64,000 nucleotides of DNA from Desulfuromonadales bacterium (GTDB lineage: Bacteria; Desulfobacterota; Desulfuromonadia; Desulfuromonadales; JAWOCM01), in the NCBI GenBank assembly GCA_046483795.1, contig JAWOCM010000059.1, forward strand, positions 1,964 to 65,963. The letters are read 5' to 3'. A model generated the notes under the pieces. That model was not told the origin of the DNA and made no database searches. It worked only from the letters and a program-made list of their open reading frames with translations. Positions 28,208 through 39,918 of this stretch are shown here, in pieces. The position numbers were made by a program, and so were the translations under genes. The first letter of the stretch is position 1; every line of letters starts with the position of its first letter.

Positions 28208-29479
28208 TCAATCTTTCTTTGCCGGAGCCTGCTTCGGTCTGCGCCGACGGGGCGGTTGCTTCCGCGGTTTGCCGCTGTCTCCGCCTCTTTTCTCAGGCAC
28301 AGGTTTTTTCTTGCGGGGATGGGGACGCTTGTAATCCCAGACGAAATCGTCCTCGCCGGGCACCACGCTGGGAATCTTTTGACCGAGAAACTCCTCTATA
28401 TCGGTCAGATGAAAAACCAGGTCTTCGTCCGCAAAAGAAATCGCCTTGCCGACCGCCCCGGCCCGGGCTGTGCGACCGATACGGTGCACATAGTCCTCAC
28501 AATCCTGGGGCAGATCATAATTGATGACATGTGTCACGGCTGTGATATGCAGTCCGCGCGATGCCACATCGGTCGCCACCAGAAAGGTCAGCCGTCCATC
28601 CTTGAAATCCTGGAGAATCCGCTGTCTCTTTTTCTGAGGAATATCACCGGAGAGAACATCCGCCTTGTGACCGTTGACCTTGAGACGATCGGAGAGGTGT
28701 TCGGCCTCTCTTTTTGTATTGACAAAAATCATGACCCGTTCAAGGTCCGGCTCCTGGCGCAGGAGGCCGAGCAGGAGCGGGAATTTTTCGCGGCGGCCGA
28801 CATGAAACACTATCTGTTCGACTTTCTCGGCGGTCACCCGCTCCGGCTCGATCCGCACCTTTTCGTCGATATTCATGAACTCGTAAGCGAGCTCCATGAC
28901 GCGCTGGGACAGGGTCGCCGAAAAAAGCATCGACTGGCGCTGATCAAAGGCGGGCAAGCGCCTCAGAAGAAAGCGCAGATCGCGGATAAAACCCATGTCG
29001 AACATGCGATCGGCCTCATCGATAACGACCACCTCGATGTTCTGCAGGCCGAAAACCTTCTGCTTGAGGTAGTCGATAAGCCGCCCCGGCGTTGCGACAA
29101 TGACATCGACCCCTTCGCGCAGCGCCTGGCGCTGCTTTTCATAATCGACACCACCGTAAATCGGCTGGACCTTGAAATCGCAGAATGCGCCCAGCAATCT
29201 GGCGTCTTCGTAAATCTGTGTGACCAGTTCACGGGTCGGCGCCATGATCAGCGCACGAGGATTTTTGGTGGGCCCTGTATCCCGCTCCAGAAGATGGTTG
29301 AACAGGGCAATGAGAAAAGCCGCCGTTTTGCCGGTGCCGGTCTGGGCCTGGGCAGCGACATCCTTGCCTTGCAGGGCCAGGGGAATCGATTCCTCCTGGA
29401 CAGGAGTCAGTTCCGTGAACCCGGCTTTTTCAATGCCTTTAAAGACGGGTTCGGGTAGAGAGAGTTCGGTAAATTTCAT
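28208..29479 (-). CDS. DEAD-box ATP-dependent RNA helicase (RhlE-like)
   Basis: 423 aa with the Q motif (FTELTPVQ), AQTGTGKT, DEAD, SAT and HRIGRTARAG, and a C-terminal Arg/Lys/Pro-rich tail. Confidence 0.9.
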   Translation of the reverse strand: MKFTELSLPEPVFKGIEKAGFTELTPVQEESIPLALQGKDVAAQAQTGTGKTAAFLIALFNHLLERDTGPTKNPRALIMAPTRELVTQIYEDARLLGAFCDFKVQPIYGGVDYEKQRQALREGVDVIVATPGRLIDYLKQKVFGLQNIEVVVIDEADRMFDMGFIRDLRFLLRRLPAFDQRQSMLFSATLSQRVMELAYEFMNIDEKVRIEPERVTAEKVEQIVFHVGRREKFPLLLGLLRQEPDLERVMIFVNTKREAEHLSDRLKVNGHKADVLSGDIPQKKRQRILQDFKDGRLTFLVATDVASRGLHITAVTHVINYDLPQDCEDYVHRIGRTARAGAVGKAISFADEDLVFHLTDIEEFLGQKIPSVVPGEDDFVWDYKRPHPRKKKPVPEKRGGDSGKPRKQPPRRRRPKQAPAKKD

Positions 29480-29496
29480 AAAATCACTTTCGGGAA

Positions 29497-30708
29497 TCAG
29501 ATATCAACGCCCGTGGCCTCGGCCACGGAATGAATATCCTTGTCGCCGCGCCCTGAGAGGCACGCGATGAGGAGAGTGTCTGATGACATATCTGGTGCCA
29601 TCTTGATAATTTGCGCCACGGCATGGGCGCTTTCGAGAGCGGGAATGATCCCCTCCAGTTCGGTAAGCATCTTGAACGCCTGCAAGGCTTCCTCATCGGT
29701 GACGGATACATATTCTGCCCGCTCGATATCGTTCAGGTGCGCATGCTCGGGCCCGACACCCGGATAATCCAGACCGGCGGAGATCGAGTGGGCATTGAGA
29801 ATCTGCCCCTGCTCGTCCTGAAGAAAATGGGTCTTGTTGCCGTGCAGCACGCCGATTTCACCGCAATTGATGCTGGCGGCGTGTTTGTCGGTATCCAGCC
29901 CCAGCCCCGCCGCCTCGACACCGATGAGCCGGACTGATTCATCGTTGACGAAAGGATAGAAAAGTCCCATCGCGTTGGAGCCGCCGCCGATGCAGGCAAG
30001 CACTATATCGGGCAAGCGTCCCTCGGATTCAAGGATCTGTTCCCGCGCCTCGTCGCCGATCACAGACTGGAAATCGCGGACCATCGCCGGATAGGGATGC
30101 GGGCCGGCAACGGTCCCGATCACGTAAAAGGTATCCCGTACATGGGTCACCCAGTAGCGCAACGCCTCGTTCATGGCGTCCTTCAGGGTGGCTGTTCCGC
30201 TGGTCACTTTGTGTACCTTGGCACCGAGCAACTTCATCCGGAAGACGTTTACGGACTGCCTGCGGATATCTTCGGTCCCCATAAAGACCTCGCAATCCAT
30301 CCCCAGCAGAGCTGCAACGGTTGCTGTGGCGACCCCATGCTGACCGGCTCCGGTTTCGGCGATCACCCGCCGCTTGCCCATCCGCTTGGCGAGCAATACC
30401 TGTCCGACGGTATTGTTAATCTTGTGTGCACCGGTGTGGTTGAGATCCTCACGTTTGAGATATATCTTCGCTCCGCCTAGATGGTCGGTAAGTCGCCTGG
30501 CGAGATAGAGAGGGTTCGGGCGGCCGACATAGTCCTTCAGATAGTACCTGAATTCCTCCTGAAAATCGGCATCCTGCTTCACCTCGGCATAGGCCTGCTC
30601 GAGCTCCAGAAGGGCCGGCATAAGCGTCTCGGCCACGTAGCGTCCGCCGAACAGCCCGAAATGGCCCAATTTATCAGGAAAGTCGTACATCCTTTGTCCT
30701 TTTTTCAC
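29497..30708 (-). CDS. trpB: Tryptophan synthase beta chain (TrpB1 type)
   Basis: 403 aa containing [22 protein letters not shown] (PLP lysine)..GGGSNA. Its start overlaps the trpF stop. Confidence 0.93.
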   Translation of the reverse strand: MKKGQRMYDFPDKLGHFGLFGGRYVAETLMPALLELEQAYAEVKQDADFQEEFRYYLKDYVGRPNPLYLARRLTDHLGGAKIYLKREDLNHTGAHKINNTVGQVLLAKRMGKRRVIAETGAGQHGVATATVAALLGMDCEVFMGTEDIRRQSVNVFRMKLLGAKVHKVTSGTATLKDAMNEALRYWVTHVRDTFYVIGTVAGPHPYPAMVRDFQSVIGDEAREQILESEGRLPDIVLACIGGGSNAMGLFYPFVNDESVRLIGVEAAGLGLDTDKHAASINCGEIGVLHGNKTHFLQDEQGQILNAHSISAGLDYPGVGPEHAHLNDIERAEYVSVTDEEALQAFKMLTELEGIIPALESAHAVAQIIKMAPDMSSDTLLIACLSGRGDKDIHSVAEATGVDI

Positions 30709-31325
30709 GAACGGAATACTCCCTTTGCGTTGCGGATAAAGGCCGCAACCCTCTCCGGATCTTTGCGTCCCGGTGCGATTTCAACGCCGCTTGAGACATC
30801 GACAGCATAAGGGCGCACTGTCTCGACAGCCTCGGAGACGTTCTCCGGCCCCAGACCACCTGCAAGGATGAGGTTTCTGCGTGCAGCCACCTCGGCAACC
30901 AGACCCCAATCAAAGGCCTGGCCGGTACCGCCGTAGCGACCAGGTACATAGGCATCGAGTAACAGAGCGCTCGCCGCAAAATCCTCGCATCGATCAAGAC
31001 TGGCGCTATCTCTGACGCGCAGCGCCTTGACGGCCTTGACCGGCAGATCCATACAATCGGCGGGGGTTTCGTCGCCGTGCAACTGAACGGCGTCCAGACG
31101 GCAATGTCCGACGATTTCGTGAATGCGCCTGCGGTCCTCGTTCACGAAAAGTCCGACTGTTGTCACAAAGGGCGGCAGTTCGCTGATGATGGCTCTCGCC
31201 AGCGCCGGTTCGATGCATCTCGGACTTGGCGGGTAAAAAACGAACCCCAAGGCATCGGCGTCACATTCTATCGCCTGCCGGGCATCTTCCAGTGCGGTAA
31301 TTCCGCAGATCTTGACACGTATCAT
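30705..31325 (-). CDS. trpF: Phosphoribosylanthranilate isomerase
   Basis: 206 aa starting [17 protein letters not shown], with LHG further downstream. Confidence 0.9.
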   Translation of the reverse strand: MIRVKICGITALEDARQAIECDADALGFVFYPPSPRCIEPALARAIISELPPFVTTVGLFVNEDRRRIHEIVGHCRLDAVQLHGDETPADCMDLPVKAVKALRVRDSASLDRCEDFAASALLLDAYVPGRYGGTGQAFDWGLVAEVAARRNLILAGGLGPENVSEAVETVRPYAVDVSSGVEIAPGRKDPERVAAFIRNAKGVFRS

Positions 31326-31337
31326 ACTCGTTCGATC

Positions 31338-32708
31338 TTAACCGACTTTCGGCAGATTGGCCAGAGATGCCTTGATATTCTCTTCGGGATACTCATAATC
31401 TTCGAGTTGTCCCGACCTGTAGGCATCGTAAGCCGCCATGTCGAAATGTCCGTGACCGGAGAGACAAAAGAGTATCGTTTTCTCCTCTGCCGCCTCGCGA
31501 GCCTTTATCGCTTCATCGACCGCTGCGCTAATGGCATGGGACGCTTCCGGAGCCGGCACGATCCCCTCGGTGCGAGCAAAGAGCTGTGCCGCCTCGAAGC
31601 AAGGGTTCTGATGGTAGGCTGCGGCCTCAATAATGCGCTCGTGATGAAGCTGGCTGACAAGAGGGCTTTCACCGTGATAACGCAGCCCGCCGGCATGAAT
31701 GCCAGGGGGGACGAAATCGTGTCCCAGCGTGTACATCTTCGAAACGGGGCTGAGCTTTGCCGTATCCCCGTAGTCAAAAGCGTAAACCCCCCTGGTGAGG
31801 GTCGGGCACGAAGTCGGCTCGACCGCCAGCAACCGGATGTCCCGCCCGTTGATCTTGTCGCGGACAAAAGGAAAGGCGATACCGGCAAAATTGCTGCCGC
31901 CACCACAGGCCCCGATCACGACATCGGGATAATCACCGGCGATCTTTAATTGTTCGATGGCCTCCTGGCCGATAACTGTCTGATGAAGGCAGACATGATT
32001 GAGCACGCTTCCCAGTGCATAGTTGGTATCCTCCCTGGTGGCAGCGTCCTCGACAGCCTCGCTGATTGCAATGCCGAGAGACCCCGGGCTGTCCGGTTCG
32101 TCTTCGAGAATTTTTCGCCCGACTTTCGTCAGAGTGCTCGGGGAAGGGATCACTGTGGCGCCCCAGACTTCCATCAGGCTTTTGCGGTAGGGCTTCTGGC
32201 TGCAGCTCACCTTGACCATGTAAACAGTGGTTTCAAGACCGAAAAAGGAATTGGCCAGAGCGATGGAACAGCCCCATTGACCCGCCCCGGTTTCCGTCGC
32301 CAGACGTTTGATACCGGCTTGCTTGTTGTAGTAAGCCTGAGGAACGGCGGTATTCGGCTTGTGGGATCCCGCCGGCGAAACACCTTCATATTTGTAATAG
32401 ATCTTCGCAGGCGTCTTCAGGGCCGCCTCGAGGCGATGAGCCCTGTACAGGGGTGACGGACGCCACGATTGATAGATCTGCTGCACCTCGTCCGGAATCC
32501 CGATCCATCGCTCGGAGCTGACTTCCTGTTCAATCAGGGCCATGGGGAAAATGCTCCCCAGGTCCTCAGGACCTATCGGCTCAAGCGTCTGGGGGTGAAA
32601 GACCGGTTCGGGCGGATTGGGCATGTCCGCCATCACGTTGTACCAATTTTTCGGAATCTGATGATCGTCCAGCAGAATTTTCGTCCGCACGGTCCTCTCC
32701 TTAGTCAT
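31338..32708 (-). CDS. trpB2: TrpB2-type tryptophan synthase beta-like PLP enzyme
   Basis: It has the long N-terminal segment typical of TrpB2 ([45 protein letters not shown]) and the PLP lysine in GSHKPNTA. I prefer ATG 32708, just after the trpC stop; the track start 32738 would overlap trpC by 38 nt. Confidence 0.85.
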   Translation of the reverse strand: MTKERTVRTKILLDDHQIPKNWYNVMADMPNPPEPVFHPQTLEPIGPEDLGSIFPMALIEQEVSSERWIGIPDEVQQIYQSWRPSPLYRAHRLEAALKTPAKIYYKYEGVSPAGSHKPNTAVPQAYYNKQAGIKRLATETGAGQWGCSIALANSFFGLETTVYMVKVSCSQKPYRKSLMEVWGATVIPSPSTLTKVGRKILEDEPDSPGSLGIAISEAVEDAATREDTNYALGSVLNHVCLHQTVIGQEAIEQLKIAGDYPDVVIGACGGGSNFAGIAFPFVRDKINGRDIRLLAVEPTSCPTLTRGVYAFDYGDTAKLSPVSKMYTLGHDFVPPGIHAGGLRYHGESPLVSQLHHERIIEAAAYHQNPCFEAAQLFARTEGIVPAPEASHAISAAVDEAIKAREAAEEKTILFCLSGHGHFDMAAYDAYRSGQLEDYEYPEENIKASLANLPKVG

Positions 32709-33483
32709 GAAGCAGTTCAAACAGTTTGTTTCCGACATCGGTTTTGCGCATCAGGCTTTCGCCGACCAGAAATGCTCCGGCACCTGCACGGAGCAAACGG
32801 AGGATATCCGGGCGATCATGAATGCCGCTCTCAGAGACCACAAGACGTTCAGCTGGAATCAGCGGAGCCAGATGCTCGGTGGTTGCCAGGTCGGTGTGAA
32901 AGGTCTGCAGATTGCGATTGTTGATGCCGATCACCCCGACCGGCGTCTTCAGGGCCATCTCCACCTCGAGCTCGTCATGAACCTCGACAAGGACATCGAG
33001 ATCGAGTTCTCCGGCCAACGCTGCCATCTCCTGGAGTTGCGTCAGCTCAAGGGCCGCTGCTATCAGTAAAATGGCGTCGGCCCCGGCGGCCCGTGCTTCG
33101 TAGAGCTGGTAGGGATCGATGAGAAAATCCTTGCGCAACAGGGGCAGACAAACCTTTTGCCTGATCCTGCCCAGATAGGCCAGATCTCCGTAAAAAAACT
33201 CATGGTCCGTCAGTATGGAGAGGCAGGCGGCTCCGGCACATTCATAGGACTCGGCCAGTGCCTCCGGATCAAAATCCTTACGAATAATTCCCCGGGATGG
33301 CGACCCCTTTTTGATCTCCGCGATTATTGCCGTACCGTTCGATGCCTTTTTCCGCAAAGCGGTCTCGAATCCACGGGTCGGGTCCATATCCCGACAAAGG
33401 GCCTTGAGTTCTTCCAGACCGAAAGCCTGCCGGGCAGCAGCTATTTCAGTTTTTTTGTGGGCCAGGATGCGATCGAGAATCAT
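32701..33483 (-). CDS. trpC: Indole-3-glycerol phosphate synthase
   Basis: 260 aa containing [32 protein letters not shown]. Confidence 0.92.
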   Translation of the reverse strand: MILDRILAHKKTEIAAARQAFGLEELKALCRDMDPTRGFETALRKKASNGTAIIAEIKKGSPSRGIIRKDFDPEALAESYECAGAACLSILTDHEFFYGDLAYLGRIRQKVCLPLLRKDFLIDPYQLYEARAAGADAILLIAAALELTQLQEMAALAGELDLDVLVEVHDELEVEMALKTPVGVIGINNRNLQTFHTDLATTEHLAPLIPAERLVVSESGIHDRPDILRLLRAGAGAFLVGESLMRKTDVGNKLFELLHD

Positions 33484-34529
33484 AGGTTCGTCAACTTCAC
33501 CAGTCCGGCCAGTTGTTGTGCCACTCGCCCGTTGTCGAGAACCTCGCAGCTCATCGCGAGACCCTGCTGGAGATCCTCGGCCCTGCCGGCGGCGGCCAGA
33601 GCAAAAGCGGCATTCAATACGACCACATCGCGCTTGGGTCCGCTCTGGCCCGACAGAATGGAACGGATGATGGCGGCGTTCTCCTCTGCATCTCCGCCCT
33701 GAAGCTCGCTCAACTGACAGCGGACAAAGCCGAAATCCTCCGGCTCGAACGTCGAGAGAGTCATCTCACCGTTTTTTATTTCTGCAACGCGCGTCGGCCC
33801 GGTCAGGGTCACCTCGTCCATACCATCCAGGCCGTGAACCACATAACCGCGACGGCAGCCCAGGTTGATAAGTACCCGGGCCAGAAGGTCAACCAGGGAT
33901 TCCCGGTAAACACCCAGCACCTGACGATCGGCGGCGGCGGGATTGGTCAGCGGTCCGAGCACGTTGAAAATGGTGCGGATCCCTATCTCCTTGCGCGGGC
34001 CGATGGCATGCTTCATGGCCCCATGTAGCGCCGGGGCGTAAAGAAAGCCAACTCCGATTTCACTTATGCAGTTCTCAACGATTTCGGTCGGCACATCAAG
34101 ATTGACTCCAAGGGCCTCCAACACATCTGCGCTGCCGCAGGCCGAGGAGACGCTGCGATTGCCGTGCTTGGCCACCTTGACGCCGCAGGCCGACACGATC
34201 AGTGCCACCGTGGTGGAAATGTTGAAACTTCTGGTTCCGCTGCCTCCCGTGCCGCAGGTATCCAGAATGGTTTCCTGATCGACATTGATGTCTTCTCGGT
34301 CGATGTCGATGACCTTGCCGACACGGATCGGTGTCACCCGCTCGCGCATGACCCTGGCTGCCCCGGTAATTTCATCCACCGTCTCGCCCTTCATGCGCAA
34401 AGCTGTAATGAAGGAGGCTATCTGGGCCGGCGTCGCCTCCCCCCCCATCACCATATCCATAACGTCTATCATCGAACCTTCGGAGAGGTCTTCTCCGTCG
34501 ACAATGCGAGCAATGGCTTCCCTGATCAT
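33480..34529 (-). CDS. trpD: Anthranilate phosphoribosyltransferase
   Basis: 349 aa containing [32 protein letters not shown]. Confidence 0.93.
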   Translation of the reverse strand: MIREAIARIVDGEDLSEGSMIDVMDMVMGGEATPAQIASFITALRMKGETVDEITGAARVMRERVTPIRVGKVIDIDREDINVDQETILDTCGTGGSGTRSFNISTTVALIVSACGVKVAKHGNRSVSSACGSADVLEALGVNLDVPTEIVENCISEIGVGFLYAPALHGAMKHAIGPRKEIGIRTIFNVLGPLTNPAAADRQVLGVYRESLVDLLARVLINLGCRRGYVVHGLDGMDEVTLTGPTRVAEIKNGEMTLSTFEPEDFGFVRCQLSELQGGDAEENAAIIRSILSGQSGPKRDVVVLNAAFALAAAGRAEDLQQGLAMSCEVLDNGRVAQQLAGLVKLTNL

Positions 34530-34545
34530 GCGCCCCTCCGTAAGG

Positions 34546-35124
34546 TCATCGGCTTATTTGAAGAAAATTCCCGAGAATCTTCTTGCCTTCGGTGGTCAGG
34601 ATCGATTCAGGATGGAACTGGATTCCCCAGAGGGCCAATTCGGCATGCTCCATGCCCATAATCTCCTGCTCCGCGGTCCAGGCTGTGATGCTCAGCGAGT
34701 CAGGCAGGGTTTCTCGCTCGACGATCAAAGAGTGATATCGGGTTGCATTGAAGGGATTGGCCACATCACGAAAAAGGCCGGTGCCGTCATGAAAAACCGG
34801 ACTGGTCTTTCCGTGCATAAGATTATCGGAGCGCACAACCCGCCCTCCGAAGGCCTGGCCGATAGACTGGTTCCCAAGACAGACCCCCAGAATCGGAATC
34901 TCTCCAGCGAGCTTTTGGATCGCTTCAACAGAAATTCCGGCTTCGTCCGGAGAACAGGGGCCAGGTGAAATCACCAGGCGCTGAGGCTTCAGGCTCCTGA
35001 TCCCCTCCACCGTAATGGCGTCGTTGCGATAGACCTCGACCTCTTCCCCCAGTTCAAGGAAATACTGTACCAGATTATAGGTAAAGGAATCGTAGTTATC
35101 GAGCATCAAGAGCATTTCAGTCAA
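34546..35124 (-). CDS. trpG: Anthranilate synthase component II (glutamine amidotransferase, TrpG/PabA)
   Basis: 192 aa containing [21 protein letters not shown] (catalytic Cys)..GIQFHPES. Confidence 0.9.
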   Translation of the reverse strand: MTEMLLMLDNYDSFTYNLVQYFLELGEEVEVYRNDAITVEGIRSLKPQRLVISPGPCSPDEAGISVEAIQKLAGEIPILGVCLGNQSIGQAFGGRVVRSDNLMHGKTSPVFHDGTGLFRDVANPFNATRYHSLIVERETLPDSLSITAWTAEQEIMGMEHAELALWGIQFHPESILTTEGKKILGNFLQISR

Positions 35125-36598
35125 GCCCCCTCTGGACCATCTCGATTGCCTTCATGACCCCCTTGGCCTTGTTCAGCGTCTCCTGATACTCGGCTTCGGG
35201 ATCGGAATCCGCCACAATGCCTGCTCCGGCCTGCAAATGGACTGTTCCATCGTGAACAACGAGAGTGCGGATAGCGATCGCCATATCCATGTTGCCTGAA
35301 AATGACAGATAGCCAACTGCTCCGCCATAAATTTCCCGTCTCGAGTTTTCGAGTTCGTCGATGATCTCCATAGCCCGAATCTTGGATGCGCCCGATAATG
35401 TTCCGGCGGGAAAAACTGCCCGAAAAACGTCGAGTGAGTCATTGCCGGGTTCCAGTCGACCCCGGACATTTGAAACGATATGCATCACATGCGAATATCG
35501 TTCAATCACTTTGAATTCCGTGACTTTGACGCTGCCAGCTCTGCAGACACGTCCCAGATCATTACGCCCCAGATCGACAAGCATGATATGCTCGGCGAGT
35601 TCCTTCGGGTCGGCGAGAAGCTCTTTCTCGTAGCGCCTGTCGTCCTCTTCGGAGATCCCTCTCGGCCTTGTACCGGCGATGGGACGAACGTCAACGATAT
35701 CGCCTTCCTGCCGTACCAGGACTTCCGGAGAGGCCCCGACAATCTGGGTTGCGCCGAAACGAAGGAAAAACATGTAGGGAGAAGGATTGACGACCCGCAA
35801 CGCCCGGTAGATATCGAAAGGGTCTTCGTCCAGCTTGGCGGAAAAACGCTGGGACAGAACAACCTGGATGATATCGCCGCTGCGGACGTACTCCTTAGCC
35901 TTCTCGACAGCGCTCTTGAATTGATCTCGTGTAAAATTCGATTTGAACTCGGCAGGCTTATGATCCCGGGGAGTCCGCTCGGGAAGGCGGGCACGAAGCT
36001 TATCTATCAGGGCATCGATGCGTACCAATCCGCGCTGGTAGGCCGTCTCCGGATCCTCTCCCTCTCTGAGCCGGATATTGCTGACGACCTTGATCGTGTG
36101 CCGCTGGTTATCGAAAATCAGAAGATTTTCCGTCAAAAGGAAGCAGGAATCGTAATTCCCTATCTTCCTGGAATTGGCATCGGGCAGATTTTCGATGAAG
36201 CGGACCATGTCGTAACCGAGATACCCGACGGCCCCTCCGAAAAAGCGGGGCAGTCCCTCGACCTCGACAGGTTCGGCATCGGAAACAAATTCTCGAAGGC
36301 GGGAAAACGGATCCACCTGCTGCCCGCTCTCCACAATTTTGTCACCGTCGAGAATTTCGTAGTTATTGTCCCAACTACGGAAAAGCCGCCCGGGTCCTGT
36401 TCCGAGAAAAGAGTATCTTGCCCATTTCTCCCCACCTTCAAGGCTCTCGAGCAGAAACGCATTGCAGCCGTCATCTATTTTCTTCAAAGCCGAAACAGGA
36501 GTCTCCATGTCGGCAAGAATCTCCCGGTATATAGGGACGAGGTTGCCCTGACGACTCAGGGATTTAAACCGATCACGGCTTGGCAGGTACATGTCCAC
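35117..36598 (-). CDS. trpE: Anthranilate synthase component I
   Basis: 493 aa with the LLES motif ([10 protein letters not shown]) and chorismate-binding motifs ([24 protein letters not shown]). Confidence 0.93.
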   Translation of the reverse strand: MDMYLPSRDRFKSLSRQGNLVPIYREILADMETPVSALKKIDDGCNAFLLESLEGGEKWARYSFLGTGPGRLFRSWDNNYEILDGDKIVESGQQVDPFSRLREFVSDAEPVEVEGLPRFFGGAVGYLGYDMVRFIENLPDANSRKIGNYDSCFLLTENLLIFDNQRHTIKVVSNIRLREGEDPETAYQRGLVRIDALIDKLRARLPERTPRDHKPAEFKSNFTRDQFKSAVEKAKEYVRSGDIIQVVLSQRFSAKLDEDPFDIYRALRVVNPSPYMFFLRFGATQIVGASPEVLVRQEGDIVDVRPIAGTRPRGISEEDDRRYEKELLADPKELAEHIMLVDLGRNDLGRVCRAGSVKVTEFKVIERYSHVMHIVSNVRGRLEPGNDSLDVFRAVFPAGTLSGASKIRAMEIIDELENSRREIYGGAVGYLSFSGNMDMAIAIRTLVVHDGTVHLQAGAGIVADSDPEAEYQETLNKAKGVMKAIEMVQRGLD

Positions 36599-36707
36599 TC
36601 CTGATAGAAAAGTGGGTCAAATTAGCATGGAAAGATGCCACTGGTCAAGATTGCCGCCTTTGCACCATGATCCCTGGACAATTGAAAGACAAAAAAAGGC
36701 AAGGGCT

Positions 36708-36730
36708 GTATGCCCTTGCCTTTTCGATCA
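36708..36730 (-). terminator. Rho-independent terminator after rplQ (end of the alpha operon)
   Basis: GGCAAGGGC-ataca-GCCCTTGCC followed by TTTTTTTG on the minus strand, 18 nt after the rplQ stop. Confidence 0.8.
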
Positions 36731-36747
36731 AAGCGGATGGAAAGTAT

Positions 36748-37194
36748 CTATTCTTCTACTTTGCCCTCACCTGTTTGCTCGGCGGTCTCTGTCGCGGCCT
36801 CAGCCACAGGCGCCTTTTTCGTGGGTTTCGGAGTGAATTCCTCTTCCACGAGTTCGATCAGCGACATAGGCGCATTATCTCCGTGACGATGAGACAGCTT
36901 GATGATCCGGGTATACCCGCCGGGACGCTCCTGATAACGCGGGGCGATCCTTTCAAAAAGCTTTGCAACGACGGCCTTCTCACGCACGACCTGCAGCGCC
37001 TGGCGACGAGCATGCAGGTCGCCGCGCTTGCCCAGGGTAATCATCTTCTCAGCGAGCTTGCGCAACTCCTTGGCACGTGCATCAGTTGTGGTGATGCGCT
37101 CGTGATTCAGGAGAGAAGTAACCATATTACGAAGCATGGCCTTGCGATGGCTCGAGTTGCGGCCAAGCCTCCGGCCGGCTTTATTGTGACGCAT
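36748..37194 (-). CDS. rplQ: 50S ribosomal protein L17 (with acidic C-terminal extension)
   Basis: Starts [24 protein letters not shown]. It is the last gene of the alpha operon. Confidence 0.95.
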   Translation of the reverse strand: MRHNKAGRRLGRNSSHRKAMLRNMVTSLLNHERITTTDARAKELRKLAEKMITLGKRGDLHARRQALQVVREKAVVAKLFERIAPRYQERPGGYTRIIKLSHRHGDNAPMSLIELVEEEFTPKPTKKAPVAEAATETAEQTGEGKVEE

Positions 37195-37233
37195 GGCTTC
37201 TCGTTCCTTTCTCTATATTCACAGTGCGATAAC

Positions 37234-38253
37234 TCAGTCTTCGGAGCGGCTCTTTTCGATCATCTTGAGGTACTCGGGATCGGGAAAGTTGTCCAGCTTC
37301 ATCCCGAGCGTCAGACCCATTTCAGCCAGAATATCTTTGATTTCGTTGAGCGACTTGCGCCCGAAATTCTGGGTCTTGAGCATCTCCGCTTCGCTTTTCT
37401 GAACCAATTCACCGATGAGGTGAATATTGGCGTTCTTCAGACAATTGGCGCTGCGAACCGAAAGCTCCAGTTCGTCGACGCTGCGGTAGAGATTCTCGTT
37501 GATCTTCTTTGCTTCCTCTTCCTCTTCCACCATCTCAGGCTCGACTGTCTCTTCATCAAAATTGATAAAGATCTGCAGCTGGTCCTTGAGAATTTTGGCC
37601 GCGAAAGCGACTGCATCGTCAGGGCGAACACTCCCATCGGTGTACACATCCAGGGTCAGCTTGTCATAGTCGGTAACCTGCCCGACACGGGCGTTGGTCA
37701 CAGCGAAATTGACCTTGCGGATGGGACTGAAAATGGCATCGATGGGGATCGTTCCCACTGGCGCCTTCTCATCACGATTCTTCTCGGCCGACACGTATCC
37801 CTTGCCCATCGAAACGATCATATCCATTTCGACATCAGCATCCTTGGAACATGTTGCTATATGATGGTCCGGATTAAGGATTTCGACATTGTTGTCGGTA
37901 ATGATATCCCCGGCCGTGATAACCCCCGCACCTTTCTTGACAATGCGGATATTGCGTCCTTCGTGACCATGCAGCCGAAGCTTGACCCCTTTGAGATTCA
38001 GGATAATGTCGGTGACATCCTCAGTGACGCCGGGCATCGTCGAGAATTCGTGAAGAACGCCCTTGATACGGACAGAAACAATGGCCGCACCCTGCAGAGA
38101 AGAAAGGAGCACCCGCCGTAACGAGTTGCCAAGAGTCGTACCAAAGCCCCTCTCGAAAGGTTCAGCAAAGAACTTTCCGTAACTGTCGTTCAGGGTCTCC
38201 GACTCAATCTGGAGACGTTTTGGTTTTATGAGATCTCTCCAGTTTTTATACAT
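37234..38253 (-). CDS. rpoA: DNA-directed RNA polymerase subunit alpha
   Basis: 339 aa containing [17 protein letters not shown] and the C-terminal-domain sequence [11 protein letters not shown]. Confidence 0.96.
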   Translation of the reverse strand: MYKNWRDLIKPKRLQIESETLNDSYGKFFAEPFERGFGTTLGNSLRRVLLSSLQGAAIVSVRIKGVLHEFSTMPGVTEDVTDIILNLKGVKLRLHGHEGRNIRIVKKGAGVITAGDIITDNNVEILNPDHHIATCSKDADVEMDMIVSMGKGYVSAEKNRDEKAPVGTIPIDAIFSPIRKVNFAVTNARVGQVTDYDKLTLDVYTDGSVRPDDAVAFAAKILKDQLQIFINFDEETVEPEMVEEEEEAKKINENLYRSVDELELSVRSANCLKNANIHLIGELVQKSEAEMLKTQNFGRKSLNEIKDILAEMGLTLGMKLDNFPDPEYLKMIEKSRSED

Positions 38254-38294
38254 TCATATCCTCCCTGGTGAGGTTTCCTTCCCTGCGATCCGGA

Positions 38295-38924
38295 TTACTT
38301 GGAGTAGAGCTCGACAATGAGCTTTTCCTGGAAAACCGGAGTCGTCAACTCGTCCCTGATCGGTGCACCTTTGACAACGCCCTTGTAGGCATCCCGGTCC
38401 AGCTCGAGCCAGGTAGGAATCCCGCGTCGGGCGGCCCCTTCAAGAGCCTCGTTGACGCGTGCCACCTTGCGGCTTTTCTCCCGCAGCTCAATCACGTCGT
38501 CGGGACGTACGAGGTAGGAGGGGATGTTGACTTTTCGCCCGTTGACGGTGAAGTGGGAGTGACGGATGAGCTGCCGGGCCTCAGTACGGGATGTTCCGAA
38601 TCCGAGGCGATAAACGATGCTGTCAAGCCGCCTCTCGAGCAGTACCAGCAGGGTTTCGCCGGTGACGCCTTTCATGCGATCGGCCTTCTTGAAATAGGAA
38701 CGGAATTGCTTTTCCATCAGGCCATAGGTGCGCTTGACACGCTGCTTTTCGCGCAACTGGCCTCCGAAGTCGGAAACCTTCACCCGTTTCTGGCCATGCT
38801 GGCCCGGGGCATAGTTGCGCCGTTCGACGGCACATTTATCGGTGAAGCACCTGTCCCCCTTGAGGAACAATTTCATGTTTTCCCTTCTGCACATCCTGCA
38901 GACAGGACCGTTATATTTTGCCAA
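38295..38924 (-). CDS. rpsD: 30S ribosomal protein S4
   Basis: Starts [26 protein letters not shown], followed by an S4 domain. Confidence 0.95.
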   Translation of the reverse strand: MAKYNGPVCRMCRRENMKLFLKGDRCFTDKCAVERRNYAPGQHGQKRVKVSDFGGQLREKQRVKRTYGLMEKQFRSYFKKADRMKGVTGETLLVLLERRLDSIVYRLGFGTSRTEARQLIRHSHFTVNGRKVNIPSYLVRPDDVIELREKSRKVARVNEALEGAARRGIPTWLELDRDAYKGVVKGAPIRDELTTPVFQEKLIVELYSK

Positions 38925-38936
38925 GGTATTCCTCCT

Positions 38937-39329
38937 TTAAACTCTTCGACGCTTGGGAGGGCGACAACCGTTGTGTGGAATCGGTGTGACATCCCTGATC
39001 ATGGTAATTGTCAAACCTGCAGTTGCCAAGGCACGCAAGGCCGATTCTCTCCCGGAGCCTGGTCCCTTCACACAGACCTCTATACTCCGCAGACCGTGAT
39101 CCTGAGCTTTCTTGGCAGCTTCTTCAGCAGCGATCTGGGCAGCAAAAGGGGTGCTTTTGCGTGATCCCTTGAACCCTTTGGAACCGGCACTGGACCACGA
39201 AAGAACATTGCCCTGGGTATCACTGATGGTGACAAGCGTATTATTAAATGTCGCCTGTATATGGGCTACGCCGTTACTGACGTGCTTCTTTTCCTTGCGT
39301 TTGGTTGCTCTTTTGCCTGGCTTAGCCAT
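38937..39329 (-). CDS. rpsK: 30S ribosomal protein S11
   Basis: Contains [47 protein letters not shown]. Confidence 0.95.
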   Translation of the reverse strand: MAKPGKRATKRKEKKHVSNGVAHIQATFNNTLVTISDTQGNVLSWSSAGSKGFKGSRKSTPFAAQIAAEEAAKKAQDHGLRSIEVCVKGPGSGRESALRALATAGLTITMIRDVTPIPHNGCRPPKRRRV

Positions 39330-39340
39330 CGTTCCTCCAG

Positions 39341-39709
39341 TTATTTCTTCTTGCCGGCGACTGTTTTACGCGGCCCTTTGCGAGTGCGTGCGTTGGTCTT
39401 CGTTTTTTGCCCCCGTGCGGGAAGTCCCCGGCGATGGCGAAGGCCCCGATAGCAGCCGAGATCCATGAGGCGCTTGATATTCAACGTAACCTCGCGACGC
39501 AGATCACCCTCAACTTTGTAGTTGTTCTCGATGATTTCTCTGATTTTTGCAGCTTCAGCATCCGTCAGAGCATCCGTTCTGGTGGCATAGTCTATGCCAG
39601 CCTGATCGAGAATCTCCTGAGAAGCAGAACGACCGATCCCGTAAATATAGGTCAACGCCACTTCTATCTGTTTATTTCTTGGTAGGTCGATACCAGCAAT
39701 ACGTGCCAA
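39341..39709 (-). CDS. rpsM: 30S ribosomal protein S13
   Basis: Starts [26 protein letters not shown]. Confidence 0.95.
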   Translation of the reverse strand: MARIAGIDLPRNKQIEVALTYIYGIGRSASQEILDQAGIDYATRTDALTDAEAAKIREIIENNYKVEGDLRREVTLNIKRLMDLGCYRGLRHRRGLPARGQKTKTNARTRKGPRKTVAGKKK

Positions 39710-39730
39710 TGTTCGTTCCTCCTGAGCGCT

Positions 39731-39844
39731 TTATCCCTGGCGCTGTTTATGCTTGGGATTGTCGCAGATGATGCGGATGATTCCTTTGCGGTTTATTATT
39801 TTACACTTGTCACAAATCTTCTTGACCGAAGCTCGAACCTTCAT
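39731..39844 (-). CDS. rpmJ: 50S ribosomal protein L36 (zinc-binding form)
   Basis: [37 protein letters not shown] (37 aa), which is the C-terminal part of track ORF 39731..40015. The ATG is at 39844. Confidence 0.93.
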   Translation of the reverse strand: MKVRASVKKICDKCKIINRKGIIRIICDNPKHKQRQG

Positions 39845-39918
39845 TGTCCGTTCCTTTATATTTGCTGGGTGTTGAAATAACCAGACCGGCAGCCGCACCA
39901 GCCTCGTTGCTCCAAGAG

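Noticed and set aside
36599-36707. A tryptophan attenuator or leader peptide upstream of trpE.
   Set aside because: Only about 100 nt separate the rplQ terminator from the trpE ATG. The sole mini-ORF (MVQRRQS) has no Trp codons, and there is no terminator/antiterminator pair. Only a plausible TTGACC-N18-TAATTT promoter is present.
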